From NCBI GenBank assembly GCA_020725385.1, contig DYFC01000017.1, positions 9,055-73,054 on the forward strand: 64,000 nt of DNA. Direction: 5' to 3'. This DNA comes from Nitrospira japonica. GTDB taxonomy: Bacteria; Nitrospirota; Thermodesulfovibrionia; Thermodesulfovibrionales; SM23-35. Shown here in pieces: positions 56,444-64,000 of the stretch (positions are counted from its first letter, which is position 1; every line of letters starts with the position of its first letter). Below the pieces are notes generated by a model. It made no database searches and was not told where the DNA came from. It saw only the letters and a list, made by a program, of their open reading frames with translations. The position numbers and the translations under genes are program-made.

Positions 56444-56926
56444 ATGTGGTATGCAATTTATTTGAAATCAGGAAAAGAAGATTCGGTTTCCTCACATCTC
56501 AAGAATGCTGGGATTGAAGTAATTAATGCAAAGCTAAAAATAAAAAAGTTTAAAAATAATAAATTAACAGAGGTTATCGAGCCTTTATTTCCCTGTTATA
56601 TATTTGCCAATTTTGATAAGGATAAATATTCTCATATGATTACGTTTACCAGAGGAGTTCGTTATATAGTTGGAAAAAGTAATCCGTTAGTTGTAAGTGA
56701 AGATATAATTCAAGCTATTAAAGAAAATATGAATGAAAATAATTTTGTAATTATAAAACCCCGTAAATTTTCAAAAGGGGAAAAAGTTATTATTAAAGAA
56801 GGTCCTTTGAAAAATTTTTATGGAATATTTGAGAAAGAGCTTAAAGGACCAGAAAGAGTAATGATACTTCTTGAAACTCTTAATTATAAAGTGGAGATTG
56901 ATGGAAGTTATCTTGAAATAGCTTAA
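56444..56926 (+). CDS. NusG-paralog transcription antiterminator (UpxY/RfaH-like)
   Basis: The MWYAIYLKSGKE NGN-domain start with PLFPCYIF, plus a C-terminal KOW (KGEKVIIKEGPLKNFYGIF). Confidence 0.75.
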   Translation: MWYAIYLKSGKEDSVSSHLKNAGIEVINAKLKIKKFKNNKLTEVIEPLFPCYIFANFDKDKYSHMITFTRGVRYIVGKSNPLVVSEDIIQAIKENMNENNFVIIKPRKFSKGEKVIIKEGPLKNFYGIFEKELKGPERVMILLETLNYKVEIDGSYLEIA

Positions 56927-57022
56927 AAGAAATAATTAAGACAATGTCCAATACTACTAAAGATATTTTGACTGTAAATATCTTTATCTGTTATCTTATT
57001 CAAAATTGATAAATATTTAGAA

Positions 57023-58303
57023 ATGGTAAAAAAATCAGAAAATAAAGAATATATCAGACCCCTTGAAAGAAAAGTCGAAGCTTTAAGAATTCTTACAGAG
57101 GTATCTTCAATAATATCATCTACACTTGATATCCGAGAATTGATGTCTCTTGTTATGGAAAAAGCAAAAGAAATTTTAAGTGCAGATGCATGTTCGATTC
57201 TTATTTATAACAAAAAGACCAATAAACTCGAGTTTGAAGTTGCTATATGCGGTGAAGAATCAACTTCAGAAATGTTAAAGGAAAAAATAACTCTTGATAT
57301 GGGGCAGGGCATAGCTGGTTGGGTTGCACAGAACCAGCAAATTCTTGTAATTAAAGATGTAAAAAAAGATAAAAGGTTTTTTCATGATGTAGATAAAATG
57401 ACTGGTTTTGAAACAAAATCTCTTATCGCTGCTCCTTTAATTGGAAGGCGTGGTTTAATCGGAGTTGCCGAAATAATCAATCCGCAAAAAGAAGATTATG
57501 ACCTTGAAATATTAAGTATCCTTACAAAGCATTTTGCAACTGCAATAGAGAATGCTATATACCATTCTGAATCTCTTGAAAGAGAAAGAATTAAACAGGA
57601 ACTCGAAATTGCAGCAACATTGCAAAAAAGTTTTTTGCCTGAAAACCCTATTTTTGAAAAAGGAAAAATTAAAGTTTTCGCAATAAACATACCAGCAAGA
57701 CATGTAGGTGGAGACCTTTATGATTTTGTAGAACCGGTCAGGGGAAAAGTAGGAGTTTTTATTGGAGATGTTTCAGGTAAAGGTGTATCTGCTGCTTTAT
57801 ATATGGCTAAAATTATAAGTGATTTCAGGTATATTGCACGTGGAATTAATTCTCCTTCAGAAGTTATGGGTAAATTGAATAAAGTACTATCTGGTGCGCC
57901 TAGAGGGATGTTTCTTACTGCTATATATCTTATTATTGATGTGGGAAATGGAGAATCGGTTATTTCAGTTGCAGGGCATCCTCCCTGCATACTCATAAAT
58001 AAAGATGGAATAAAGGTTCTGGAAATGCAGACGGGGCCGCCGCTTGGAATTATTGAAACTGATTTTAAGGAGAATAAGATTAGTCTAAGGAGCGGTGACA
58101 GATTAATTATGCTTACAGATGGAGTATTTGAAGCAAAAAATATTTCAGGAGAAAGAATAGGTTTTAATGCTATATTGGAGTTTATTGGAGAAAACCAAAA
58201 TATTGAAAATTTGTCTGAAAAAATAATAGGCCATATTAATGAATATTCAAAAAATACAGAAATGGCTGATGATATCACAATTGTAGAAATTAAAATCCGG
58301 TGA
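57023..58303 (+). CDS. GAF-domain PP2C-type serine phosphatase (RsbU/SpoIIE family)
   Basis: GAF region (aa ~25-180). PP2C motifs are GGDLYDF, GDVSGKGVSAA, TDGVFEA, DDITIVE. Confidence 0.85.
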   Translation: MVKKSENKEYIRPLERKVEALRILTEVSSIISSTLDIRELMSLVMEKAKEILSADACSILIYNKKTNKLEFEVAICGEESTSEMLKEKITLDMGQGIAGWVAQNQQILVIKDVKKDKRFFHDVDKMTGFETKSLIAAPLIGRRGLIGVAEIINPQKEDYDLEILSILTKHFATAIENAIYHSESLERERIKQELEIAATLQKSFLPENPIFEKGKIKVFAINIPARHVGGDLYDFVEPVRGKVGVFIGDVSGKGVSAALYMAKIISDFRYIARGINSPSEVMGKLNKVLSGAPRGMFLTAIYLIIDVGNGESVISVAGHPPCILINKDGIKVLEMQTGPPLGIIETDFKENKISLRSGDRLIMLTDGVFEAKNISGERIGFNAILEFIGENQNIENLSEKIIGHINEYSKNTEMADDITIVEIKIR

Positions 58304-58707
58304 AAGATTCGGTTAAAATAATAATACCTTCACATCCAAAGTATTTATCTGTGGTCAGGAATGTTACTTCAAAGATTGGTGAAATATACGGGATTGATGA
58401 AACAATAGTGAATGATTTAAAACTTGCAATTGATGAAGCATGTACAAATATAATCAGACATGCTTATAAAGGTGATACAACAAAGAGAATTATAATTAGA
58501 TATACAGTTAATCCCGGGCAATATACTGTTGTTCTTGAAGATAATGGAATAAAAGCCGATAAAAATAAACTAAAGGGAAGAGATCTGAACGATATAAAAC
58601 CTGGCGGACTCGGAATACATTTTATAAAAAGAGTTTTTGATATTTTTATGCTTGATGAAAAAAAGAAAAAAGGCAATAGGCTTATTCTTGTTAAATATCT
58701 TAAATGA
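58300..58707 (+). CDS. Anti-sigma-type serine kinase (RsbW/SpoIIAB-like HATPase_c)
   Basis: EACTNIIRHAY N-box and DNG...GGLGIHFI G-boxes. 4-nt overlap on both sides. Confidence 0.8.
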   Translation: MKDSVKIIIPSHPKYLSVVRNVTSKIGEIYGIDETIVNDLKLAIDEACTNIIRHAYKGDTTKRIIIRYTVNPGQYTVVLEDNGIKADKNKLKGRDLNDIKPGGLGIHFIKRVFDIFMLDEKKKKGNRLILVKYLK

Positions 58708-59036
58708 AAACTGAAATAACAGATTTTAAAGGGAATAAAAGAATTAAGATAACAGGTGATATTGATATGCATACTTCTCCTGAACTCAGAGAAGTTCTTT
58801 TATCAATAATAAAGAAGTCAAAAAATCAGTGCGTCTGTGTGGATTTTACGGATGTTACTTATATAGATAGCTCAGGTATTGCCACATTTGTTGAAGGACT
58901 TAAAGCAATAAGGGCATCCGGGAGTAGATTATTTTTCTACGGATTACCTGAAAGTATAATGGAAATCTTCAGGTTCTCAAGACTTGATAGGGTATTTGAG
59001 ATATTCAGGACATTTGAAGATGCCTTCGGAATCTAA
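58704..59036 (+). CDS. STAS-domain protein (anti-sigma antagonist RsbV/SpoIIAA-like; possible MlaB analog)
   Basis: 110 aa with the YIDSSGI phosphorylatable-serine motif. Directly abuts and overlaps mlaE. Confidence 0.85.
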   Translation: MKTEITDFKGNKRIKITGDIDMHTSPELREVLLSIIKKSKNQCVCVDFTDVTYIDSSGIATFVEGLKAIRASGSRLFFYGLPESIMEIFRFSRLDRVFEIFRTFEDAFGI

Positions 59037-59826
59037 GAATATTGTAGAAGTTATAGGAAGTAAAACAAAACCTATTAAGATAAGCATACATAATATTTCA
59101 TGCATTATTAATGATATTTTTTACTGGACTTTTATCTCTCCTTTTAAAGGATTTCCCATAAGGTTTAAGGCTTGTGTTAATGAAATGGTTAAAGCAGGAT
59201 ATAATTCAGTTCCTATAATCTCTGTAATCTCTTTTTTTATAGGTGTTATTCTTGCTTTTCAGGCTGCTTATCAACTTAAAAAAGTAGGGGCTTTGATTTA
59301 TGTTGCAAATCTCGTTGGAGTGTCTCTTACAAGAGAACTCGGACCGATAATTACAGCAATAATTGTCTCTGGAAGAAGCGGCTCTGCTTATGCCGCAGAG
59401 ATAGGTTCAATGAAAGCTGCTGAAGAGATTGATGCATTGATAAGTATGGGAATAAATCCTGTCAGGTTTATTGTTGTTCCAAAACTCATAGCTCTGATGG
59501 TAATGGTTCCCGCTCTTACGATTTTTTCTGACTTGATTGGAATATTCGGTGGCTTCGTATTATCAACTACTATTCTTGAAATACATCCTTCAAATTATTT
59601 CCAGCAAACTATAAATGCACTTCTTGTTAAAGACATCCTAACCGGGCTCATGAAAGCATGGGCATTCGGAGTTGTAATAACAATAGTCGGTGTTTATCAA
59701 GGGTTTATGGTAAAAGGCGGAGCTGAAGAAGTAGGCCGTAGAACTACATCAGCTGTTGTTGCTTCTATCTTTTTAGTAATTGTATCGGATTTATTTTTCA
59801 CAGCATTATTTTATTATTTCACGTAA
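59020..59826 (+). CDS. mlaE: MlaE-family ABC permease
   Basis: REL.P.....V.GRSGSA..AEIG.M...EEIDA motif. ATG 59020 is preferred over the track start at 58984. Confidence 0.85.
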   Translation: MPSESKNIVEVIGSKTKPIKISIHNISCIINDIFYWTFISPFKGFPIRFKACVNEMVKAGYNSVPIISVISFFIGVILAFQAAYQLKKVGALIYVANLVGVSLTRELGPIITAIIVSGRSGSAYAAEIGSMKAAEEIDALISMGINPVRFIVVPKLIALMVMVPALTIFSDLIGIFGGFVLSTTILEIHPSNYFQQTINALLVKDILTGLMKAWAFGVVITIVGVYQGFMVKGGAEEVGRRTTSAVVASIFLVIVSDLFFTALFYYFT

Positions 59827-59827
59827 T

Positions 59828-60613
59828 ATGGAAAAAGCAATAGAAGTAGAAAACTTAGTAACACATTACGGAGATAGAGAGATATTAAAGAATATATCTT
59901 TCTCAATACCAAAAGGTTCGATTACTGTAATACTCGGAGGAAGCGGATGCGGTAAAAGCACTTTGCTAAAACACCTTATAGGATTGCTCAAGCCAACTTC
60001 AGGAAGGATAATTATAAAGGGAAATGATATAACAAAAATGAATGAAGATCAGATGAATGAGATAAGAAAAAAAATGGGTATACTTTTTCAGGGTGCTGCT
60101 TTGCTTAATTCAATGACAATTCTTGATAATGTTGCTTTGCCTTTACACGAACATACAAAACTTAAAGAATCAACAATTGAAATAATGGTCAGGATGAAAC
60201 TTGACCTTGTTGGGCTGTCAGGTTTTGATTCTTTCTATCCTTCTCAACTTTCAGGTGGAATGAAAAAAAGGGCAGGACTTGCGAGAGCCCTTGCCTTAGA
60301 CCCTGAAATGCTTTTTTTCGATGAGCCTTCAGCAGGACTTGATCCTGTTACTGCTGCCGGACTTGATGAACTTATTATTAAATTGAATAAGGTTTTCAGA
60401 ATGACAATTATAGTGGTAACTCATGAATTGCCGAGTGTATTCAAAATAGCTGATTATGTTATTATGCTTGACAAAGGCTATGTGATTTTCTCGGGAACTC
60501 TTAATGAACTGAAGACTTCTGATAATCCAAGAATCAGAATGTTTCTTGAAAGGCAGCCTGAAGAGGAAAAATATTCACCAGATGATTATTTCAAGGTAAT
60601 TGCAGGAGAGTAA
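59828..60613 (+). CDS. mlaF: MlaF-family ABC ATPase
   Basis: GGSGCGKST Walker A, LSGGMKKRAGLARA signature, FFDEP Walker B. ATG 59828 lies 1 nt after the mlaE stop. Confidence 0.9.
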   Translation: MEKAIEVENLVTHYGDREILKNISFSIPKGSITVILGGSGCGKSTLLKHLIGLLKPTSGRIIIKGNDITKMNEDQMNEIRKKMGILFQGAALLNSMTILDNVALPLHEHTKLKESTIEIMVRMKLDLVGLSGFDSFYPSQLSGGMKKRAGLARALALDPEMLFFDEPSAGLDPVTAAGLDELIIKLNKVFRMTIIVVTHELPSVFKIADYVIMLDKGYVIFSGTLNELKTSDNPRIRMFLERQPEEEKYSPDDYFKVIAGE

Positions 60614-60614
60614 T

Positions 60615-61490
60615 ATGAAAGAAGAGTTTAAGGCCGGTATAATTATTGTTTCAGCTATTGTAATCCTTAGTATTTTCATAATCCTTATAGGTGGCGGCCA
60701 GTTGTTCGAGAAGTTTGATATTTACTATGTAAAAGTAATGAACGCAGCAGGGCTCGAGACAGGTGCTCAGGTAAAGCTCGGAGGAGTTAAAGTTGGCAGG
60801 GTTTTAAATGTAAAACCTCCGGTATCTTTTGGTGAACCTGTTAATATAGAAATAGGTCTAAAAAAAGGCACAATTCTATATAAAGGAACAAAAGCTTATA
60901 TAACACAAATTGGTTTTGTTGGAGATATTTACCTGCTTCTTTCTGTAAAAGATACAACCAATGAAATTATAAAAGTCGGCTCGGTTATTCCATCTGAAGA
61001 GCATATGCAGATGGATGTTCTCATGGCAAAGCTGAATAACCTTTCTTCATCTGTTGATAAACTCATAAATGACGTAGATAAAATATTTAGCGAAAGAAAT
61101 GTAAAAGGAATCGAGAATATTATAGGCAATACTAATAAAGCAATTGTCACAAGTTCAGAAAATATTGATAAAGTTGCGCTTGGCTTGAAGAATACAACAG
61201 AAAGACTTGAAAAAGTATTAAATGAGATTGAAAGTCTTCTTAAAGAAAATAAAGGTGATGTTGCCCAACTTCTGAAAAGGGCGCGTGAAAATATAGACAA
61301 AGCCGGTGATATGATGAAAAGCATAGAAAAAACTTCAAAATCGGTTGATAAAACAGTTTTGCACCAATCAAAAAATATTGACCAATTAATTAACTCTATG
61401 ACAAGAACTACCGAAGAGCTTCAGGAAGTTTTACAAGAAATAAAAAATAAACCATGGAGTCTTATTTATAAAGATGGGAGGGGAGAATAA
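60615..61490 (+). CDS. mlaD: MlaD/MCE-domain substrate-binding protein with long C-terminal coiled coil
   Basis: N-terminal TM, MCE domain (V.LGGVKVGRV), helical tail. Confidence 0.8.
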   Translation: MKEEFKAGIIIVSAIVILSIFIILIGGGQLFEKFDIYYVKVMNAAGLETGAQVKLGGVKVGRVLNVKPPVSFGEPVNIEIGLKKGTILYKGTKAYITQIGFVGDIYLLLSVKDTTNEIIKVGSVIPSEEHMQMDVLMAKLNNLSSSVDKLINDVDKIFSERNVKGIENIIGNTNKAIVTSSENIDKVALGLKNTTERLEKVLNEIESLLKENKGDVAQLLKRARENIDKAGDMMKSIEKTSKSVDKTVLHQSKNIDQLINSMTRTTEELQEVLQEIKNKPWSLIYKDGRGE

Positions 61491-61491
61491 G

Positions 61492-62094
61492 ATGGAAAAG
61501 AAGACTAAACTAATTTTAATATACCTTTCAATAATAGTATTTTCTATAAGTTTATTAATGAGTGCATGTACAATGCCCCAGACAAAAATTTATAGCCTTG
61601 ATTTGAATTATCCTTATAATGAAAAAGATTTGAAAAGCAAATTCTCTGAAAAGGCAGTTACGATTATTGTTAATGCACCAAGACATCTTTCGCAACCTTA
61701 TATTGTCTATAGAACCTCACCATATGAAATGGAAATATCAAAATACTCAAAATGGGAAGCTTCTCCGCAAGAGATTATAAAAAAAGCAATGAAAGATTAC
61801 CTTTCATCCTCAAGAATATTTAAAGAAGTTAAAACATCATATACTTTTCAGGAAGGCTATTATACTCTTGAGATTGATTTGAAAAAATTTGAAAGATTTG
61901 ATTCAGAGAATAAATCATATGGAGAATTATTATTTGATTATATACTAATTTCTCCTGAAGGAAATGAGATTGTGTGCTCAACAATAAATAAAAGAATGGA
62001 ACTTCAGGAAAAATCATTTCTCGGTCTTGCAAAAATTCTTACTAATGCAATAAAAGAAGCCTCCATTGAAATCGGTGATAAGATTGTAAAATGA
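61492..62094 (+). CDS. ABC-type transport auxiliary lipoprotein (DUF330/PqiC-like)
   Basis: Signal peptide ending in LLMSAC (lipobox-like). Size and position downstream of an MCE protein fit this family. Confidence 0.6.
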   Translation: MEKKTKLILIYLSIIVFSISLLMSACTMPQTKIYSLDLNYPYNEKDLKSKFSEKAVTIIVNAPRHLSQPYIVYRTSPYEMEISKYSKWEASPQEIIKKAMKDYLSSSRIFKEVKTSYTFQEGYYTLEIDLKKFERFDSENKSYGELLFDYILISPEGNEIVCSTINKRMELQEKSFLGLAKILTNAIKEASIEIGDKIVK

Positions 62095-62170
62095 TAAATT
62101 GTCCTGAATTTAATGTGTTCCAGCTTGTAAGCTTTTTCAACCGCATTACTTGTTTGAATATATTCAATAT

Positions 62171-63526
62171 TTATAGTATCGGAAGATAACGCATATGTTC
62201 ATACGGATGAATTTGAATACTATACTCATCCCACTCAATTTTTTTGCTCATTATAAACTGCTCAAATATATGATCTCCAAGTGTTTCTTTTAAAAGTTCA
62301 CTTTCTTCAGCAAATTCCAAAGCTCTGTTAAGGCTTCCCGGAAGACTATCTATATTATATTTTTTTCTTTCTTCTTCAGTCATATGATAAACATCCATTT
62401 CTATTGGATCGGGCAGGATATATCCTTTTTCGATTCCTTTTAGCCCGGCGTTAAGCATACACGCAAATGCAAGATATGGATTGCAGGAAGGATCAGGTGA
62501 GCGAAGTTCAACACGTGTTGCTTTTTCTTTGCCGGGTTTGTATAAAGGAACTCTTACCAGAGTTGATCTATTACGTCTTGCCCAGCATATATAGACAGGA
62601 GCTTCGTAGCCCGGAACTAATCTTTTATATGAATTAACCCATTGATTGAGTACAAGTGTTATCTCTTTTATATGTGTGAGGAGCCCTGCAATGTATTTTT
62701 TTGCAATATCCGATAGGAAGAATGGATCTTTTGAGTCAAAAAAAGCATTTTTATCGCCAGTAAATAATGACTGATGTGTATGCATGCCACTTCCATTCTG
62801 CCCGAATATAGGCTTTGGCATAAATGTAGCATATACATTGTATTGTTTGGCTATCTCTTTAACGATGATTCTGTATGTCATAACAATATCGGCCATTGTC
62901 AAAGCATCAGCATATCTTAAATCTATTTCATGCTGTGAATGGGCGACTTCATGATGCGAATATTCAACCTGTATTCCCATTGTTTCAAGAGCAAGTATAG
63001 TGTCTCTCCTCAAGTCTTCAGCAGCATCCAGAGGATAATCAAAATAGCCTCCTTCATCAAGTGGTTCTGTACTTTTATCGTTTTTAAAATAAAAATATTC
63101 CAATTCAGGTCCAACATAAAAGGTAAAGCCTTTTTGTTTTGCTTTATCAAGATTTACTTTTAATATGTATCGGGGGTCTCCTTTGTATGGAGAGCCATCA
63201 GGTTCGTAAATATCACAAAACATTCTTGCAACAGCCTTTTCTTTAGGTCTCCAGGGAAGCATTACAAAAGTAGCAGGATCCGGTCTTGCTATCATATCGC
63301 TTTCATCAATTCTTGCAAAGCCTTTTATTGAAGAACCATCAAAACCCATGCCTTCATTGAATGCAAATTCAAGTTCATCAACAGGAACCGCAAAGCTTTT
63401 CAATTGTCCATGAATATCAGCAAACCATAATCTAACAAATTTGACATCATATTTTTTTACAATTTCAAGAACATCTTTTTTATCCCTTGGTTTTTGTCCT
63501 GATTTTTTAATTTTTGCTTTTGCCAT
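62171..63526 (-). CDS. glnA: Glutamine synthetase, type I
   Basis: FDGSS, GSGMHTHQS, NPY motifs; 451 aa. Confidence 0.9.
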   Translation of the reverse strand: MAKAKIKKSGQKPRDKKDVLEIVKKYDVKFVRLWFADIHGQLKSFAVPVDELEFAFNEGMGFDGSSIKGFARIDESDMIARPDPATFVMLPWRPKEKAVARMFCDIYEPDGSPYKGDPRYILKVNLDKAKQKGFTFYVGPELEYFYFKNDKSTEPLDEGGYFDYPLDAAEDLRRDTILALETMGIQVEYSHHEVAHSQHEIDLRYADALTMADIVMTYRIIVKEIAKQYNVYATFMPKPIFGQNGSGMHTHQSLFTGDKNAFFDSKDPFFLSDIAKKYIAGLLTHIKEITLVLNQWVNSYKRLVPGYEAPVYICWARRNRSTLVRVPLYKPGKEKATRVELRSPDPSCNPYLAFACMLNAGLKGIEKGYILPDPIEMDVYHMTEEERKKYNIDSLPGSLNRALEFAEESELLKETLGDHIFEQFIMSKKIEWDEYSIQIHPYEHMRYLPIL

Positions 63527-63550
63527 TTTAATTCCTCCGGAGTTTATTAA

Positions 63551-64000
63551 TTACTTAATTTCTTTAAAAAATAATTTGTAAAAATTTCTTGCCCTACCTT
63601 TATATTCCTCATATATGCGTTCAGTTTCATTAATTATATTTTCTATGTCTGGATTATCATTCAACCATTCAAGGATCATCTCACGTGTAACCTCTATATG
63701 AAATTGGAATGCATATATATTATTCCCATATCTGAATGCCTGGTGTTTATACATTTTAGAACTTGCGAGAAGAACAGCGCCATTAGGTAAAGTAAATGTG
63801 TCGCCATGCCAGTGGAATACTTTAAATTTTTTCCAGAAATCTCCAACAGCAGGATGCTTTGCAAGTTGTCTCATTAAAGGATCTTTGATCCCTTCGCCTG
63901 TAAGTTCAATATGGTGCCAGCCTATTTCTTTCTCATCACCGGGATAAACGTCGGCACCAAGACAATGTGCAAGTAGTTGTGCTCCAAGACATATACCCAT
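63551..64000 (-). CDS. Class I glutamine amidotransferase-like protein, C-terminal part (5' end outside window)
   Basis: GICLGAQLLA nucleophile elbow and the FQFHIE catalytic His/Glu region. The ORF runs off the window edge. Confidence 0.75.
   Translation of the reverse strand: MGICLGAQLLAHCLGADVYPGDEKEIGWHHIELTGEGIKDPLMRQLAKHPAVGDFWKKFKVFHWHGDTFTLPNGAVLLASSKMYKHQAFRYGNNIYAFQFHIEVTREMILEWLNDNPDIENIINETERIYEEYKGRARNFYKLFFKEIK

Noticed and set aside
1-64000. tRNA, rRNA, tmRNA, RNase P or SRP RNA genes
   Set aside because: I scanned by eye for GTTCGAATC-type T-loops and other conserved cores and found none. A covariance-model scan would be needed to exclude them formally.

Overview
AT-rich (about one-third G+C by eye) chromosomal segment from a diderm bacterium. 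TonB-dependent receptor, Mla and LPS-type sugar genes support the diderm call. Gene content (RNase Y, citramalate synthase, a selenoprotein) loosely suggests an anaerobe such as a Nitrospirota/Thermodesulfovibrio-like lineage, but this is a guess. No rRNA, tRNA or CRISPR array was seen.

Layout:
- 0.5-14.3 kb: accessory region. It holds two very large multidomain glycan-modifying enzymes (1125-aa tri-glycosyltransferase, 795-aa tri-methyltransferase), a GT2-TPR protein, a decayed ISL3 transposase and five type II toxin-antitoxin modules (TumE-like, VapBC, three HicBA). Two hicA genes are missing from the ORF track. All of this is embedded in mosaic arrays of degenerate heptanucleotide tandem repeats.
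- 14.3-15.4 kb: a 1.1-kb non-coding tract with a family of GTCATTC...GAATCC hairpins.
- 15.4-20.6 kb: lysC-cimA and ymdB-rny.
- 21-24 kb: an HTH regulator and two tandem REC-GGDEF paralogs.
- 24-26.6 kb: GH3 hydrolase and a lipase-like hydrolase.
- 26.6-36 kb: a cobalamin salvage regulon (btuB; cobS-cobT-cobU-btuDCF) under two paralogous cobalamin riboswitches. The upstream riboswitch is followed by a relic btuB signal-peptide mini-ORF and two PP-loop ATP-pyrophosphatase genes of unknown role.
- 36-47.5 kb: MoxR-DUF58-transglutaminase, surE-FAD protein-pcm, purM and an M23 peptidase-bactofilin pair.
- 47.7-56.9 kb: a nucleotide-sugar cluster (rfbABCD, manB/manC, NDP-sugar dehydrogenase) with a NusG paralog.
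- 56.1 kb: an unannotated glutaredoxin-like selenoprotein with an in-frame TGA.
- 57-62 kb: a sigma-less partner-switching module (GAF-PP2C, RsbW-like kinase, STAS) translationally coupled to an Mla lipid-transport operon.
- 62-64 kb: glnA and a GATase.

Best candidates for something new:
- the heptad-repeat mosaics that bracket the TA cassettes and extend into the btuB 5' coding region;
- the B12-riboswitch-controlled PP-loop enzyme pair;
- the partner-switching/Mla fusion operon.

All functional calls rest on motif recognition by eye. No database search was run.
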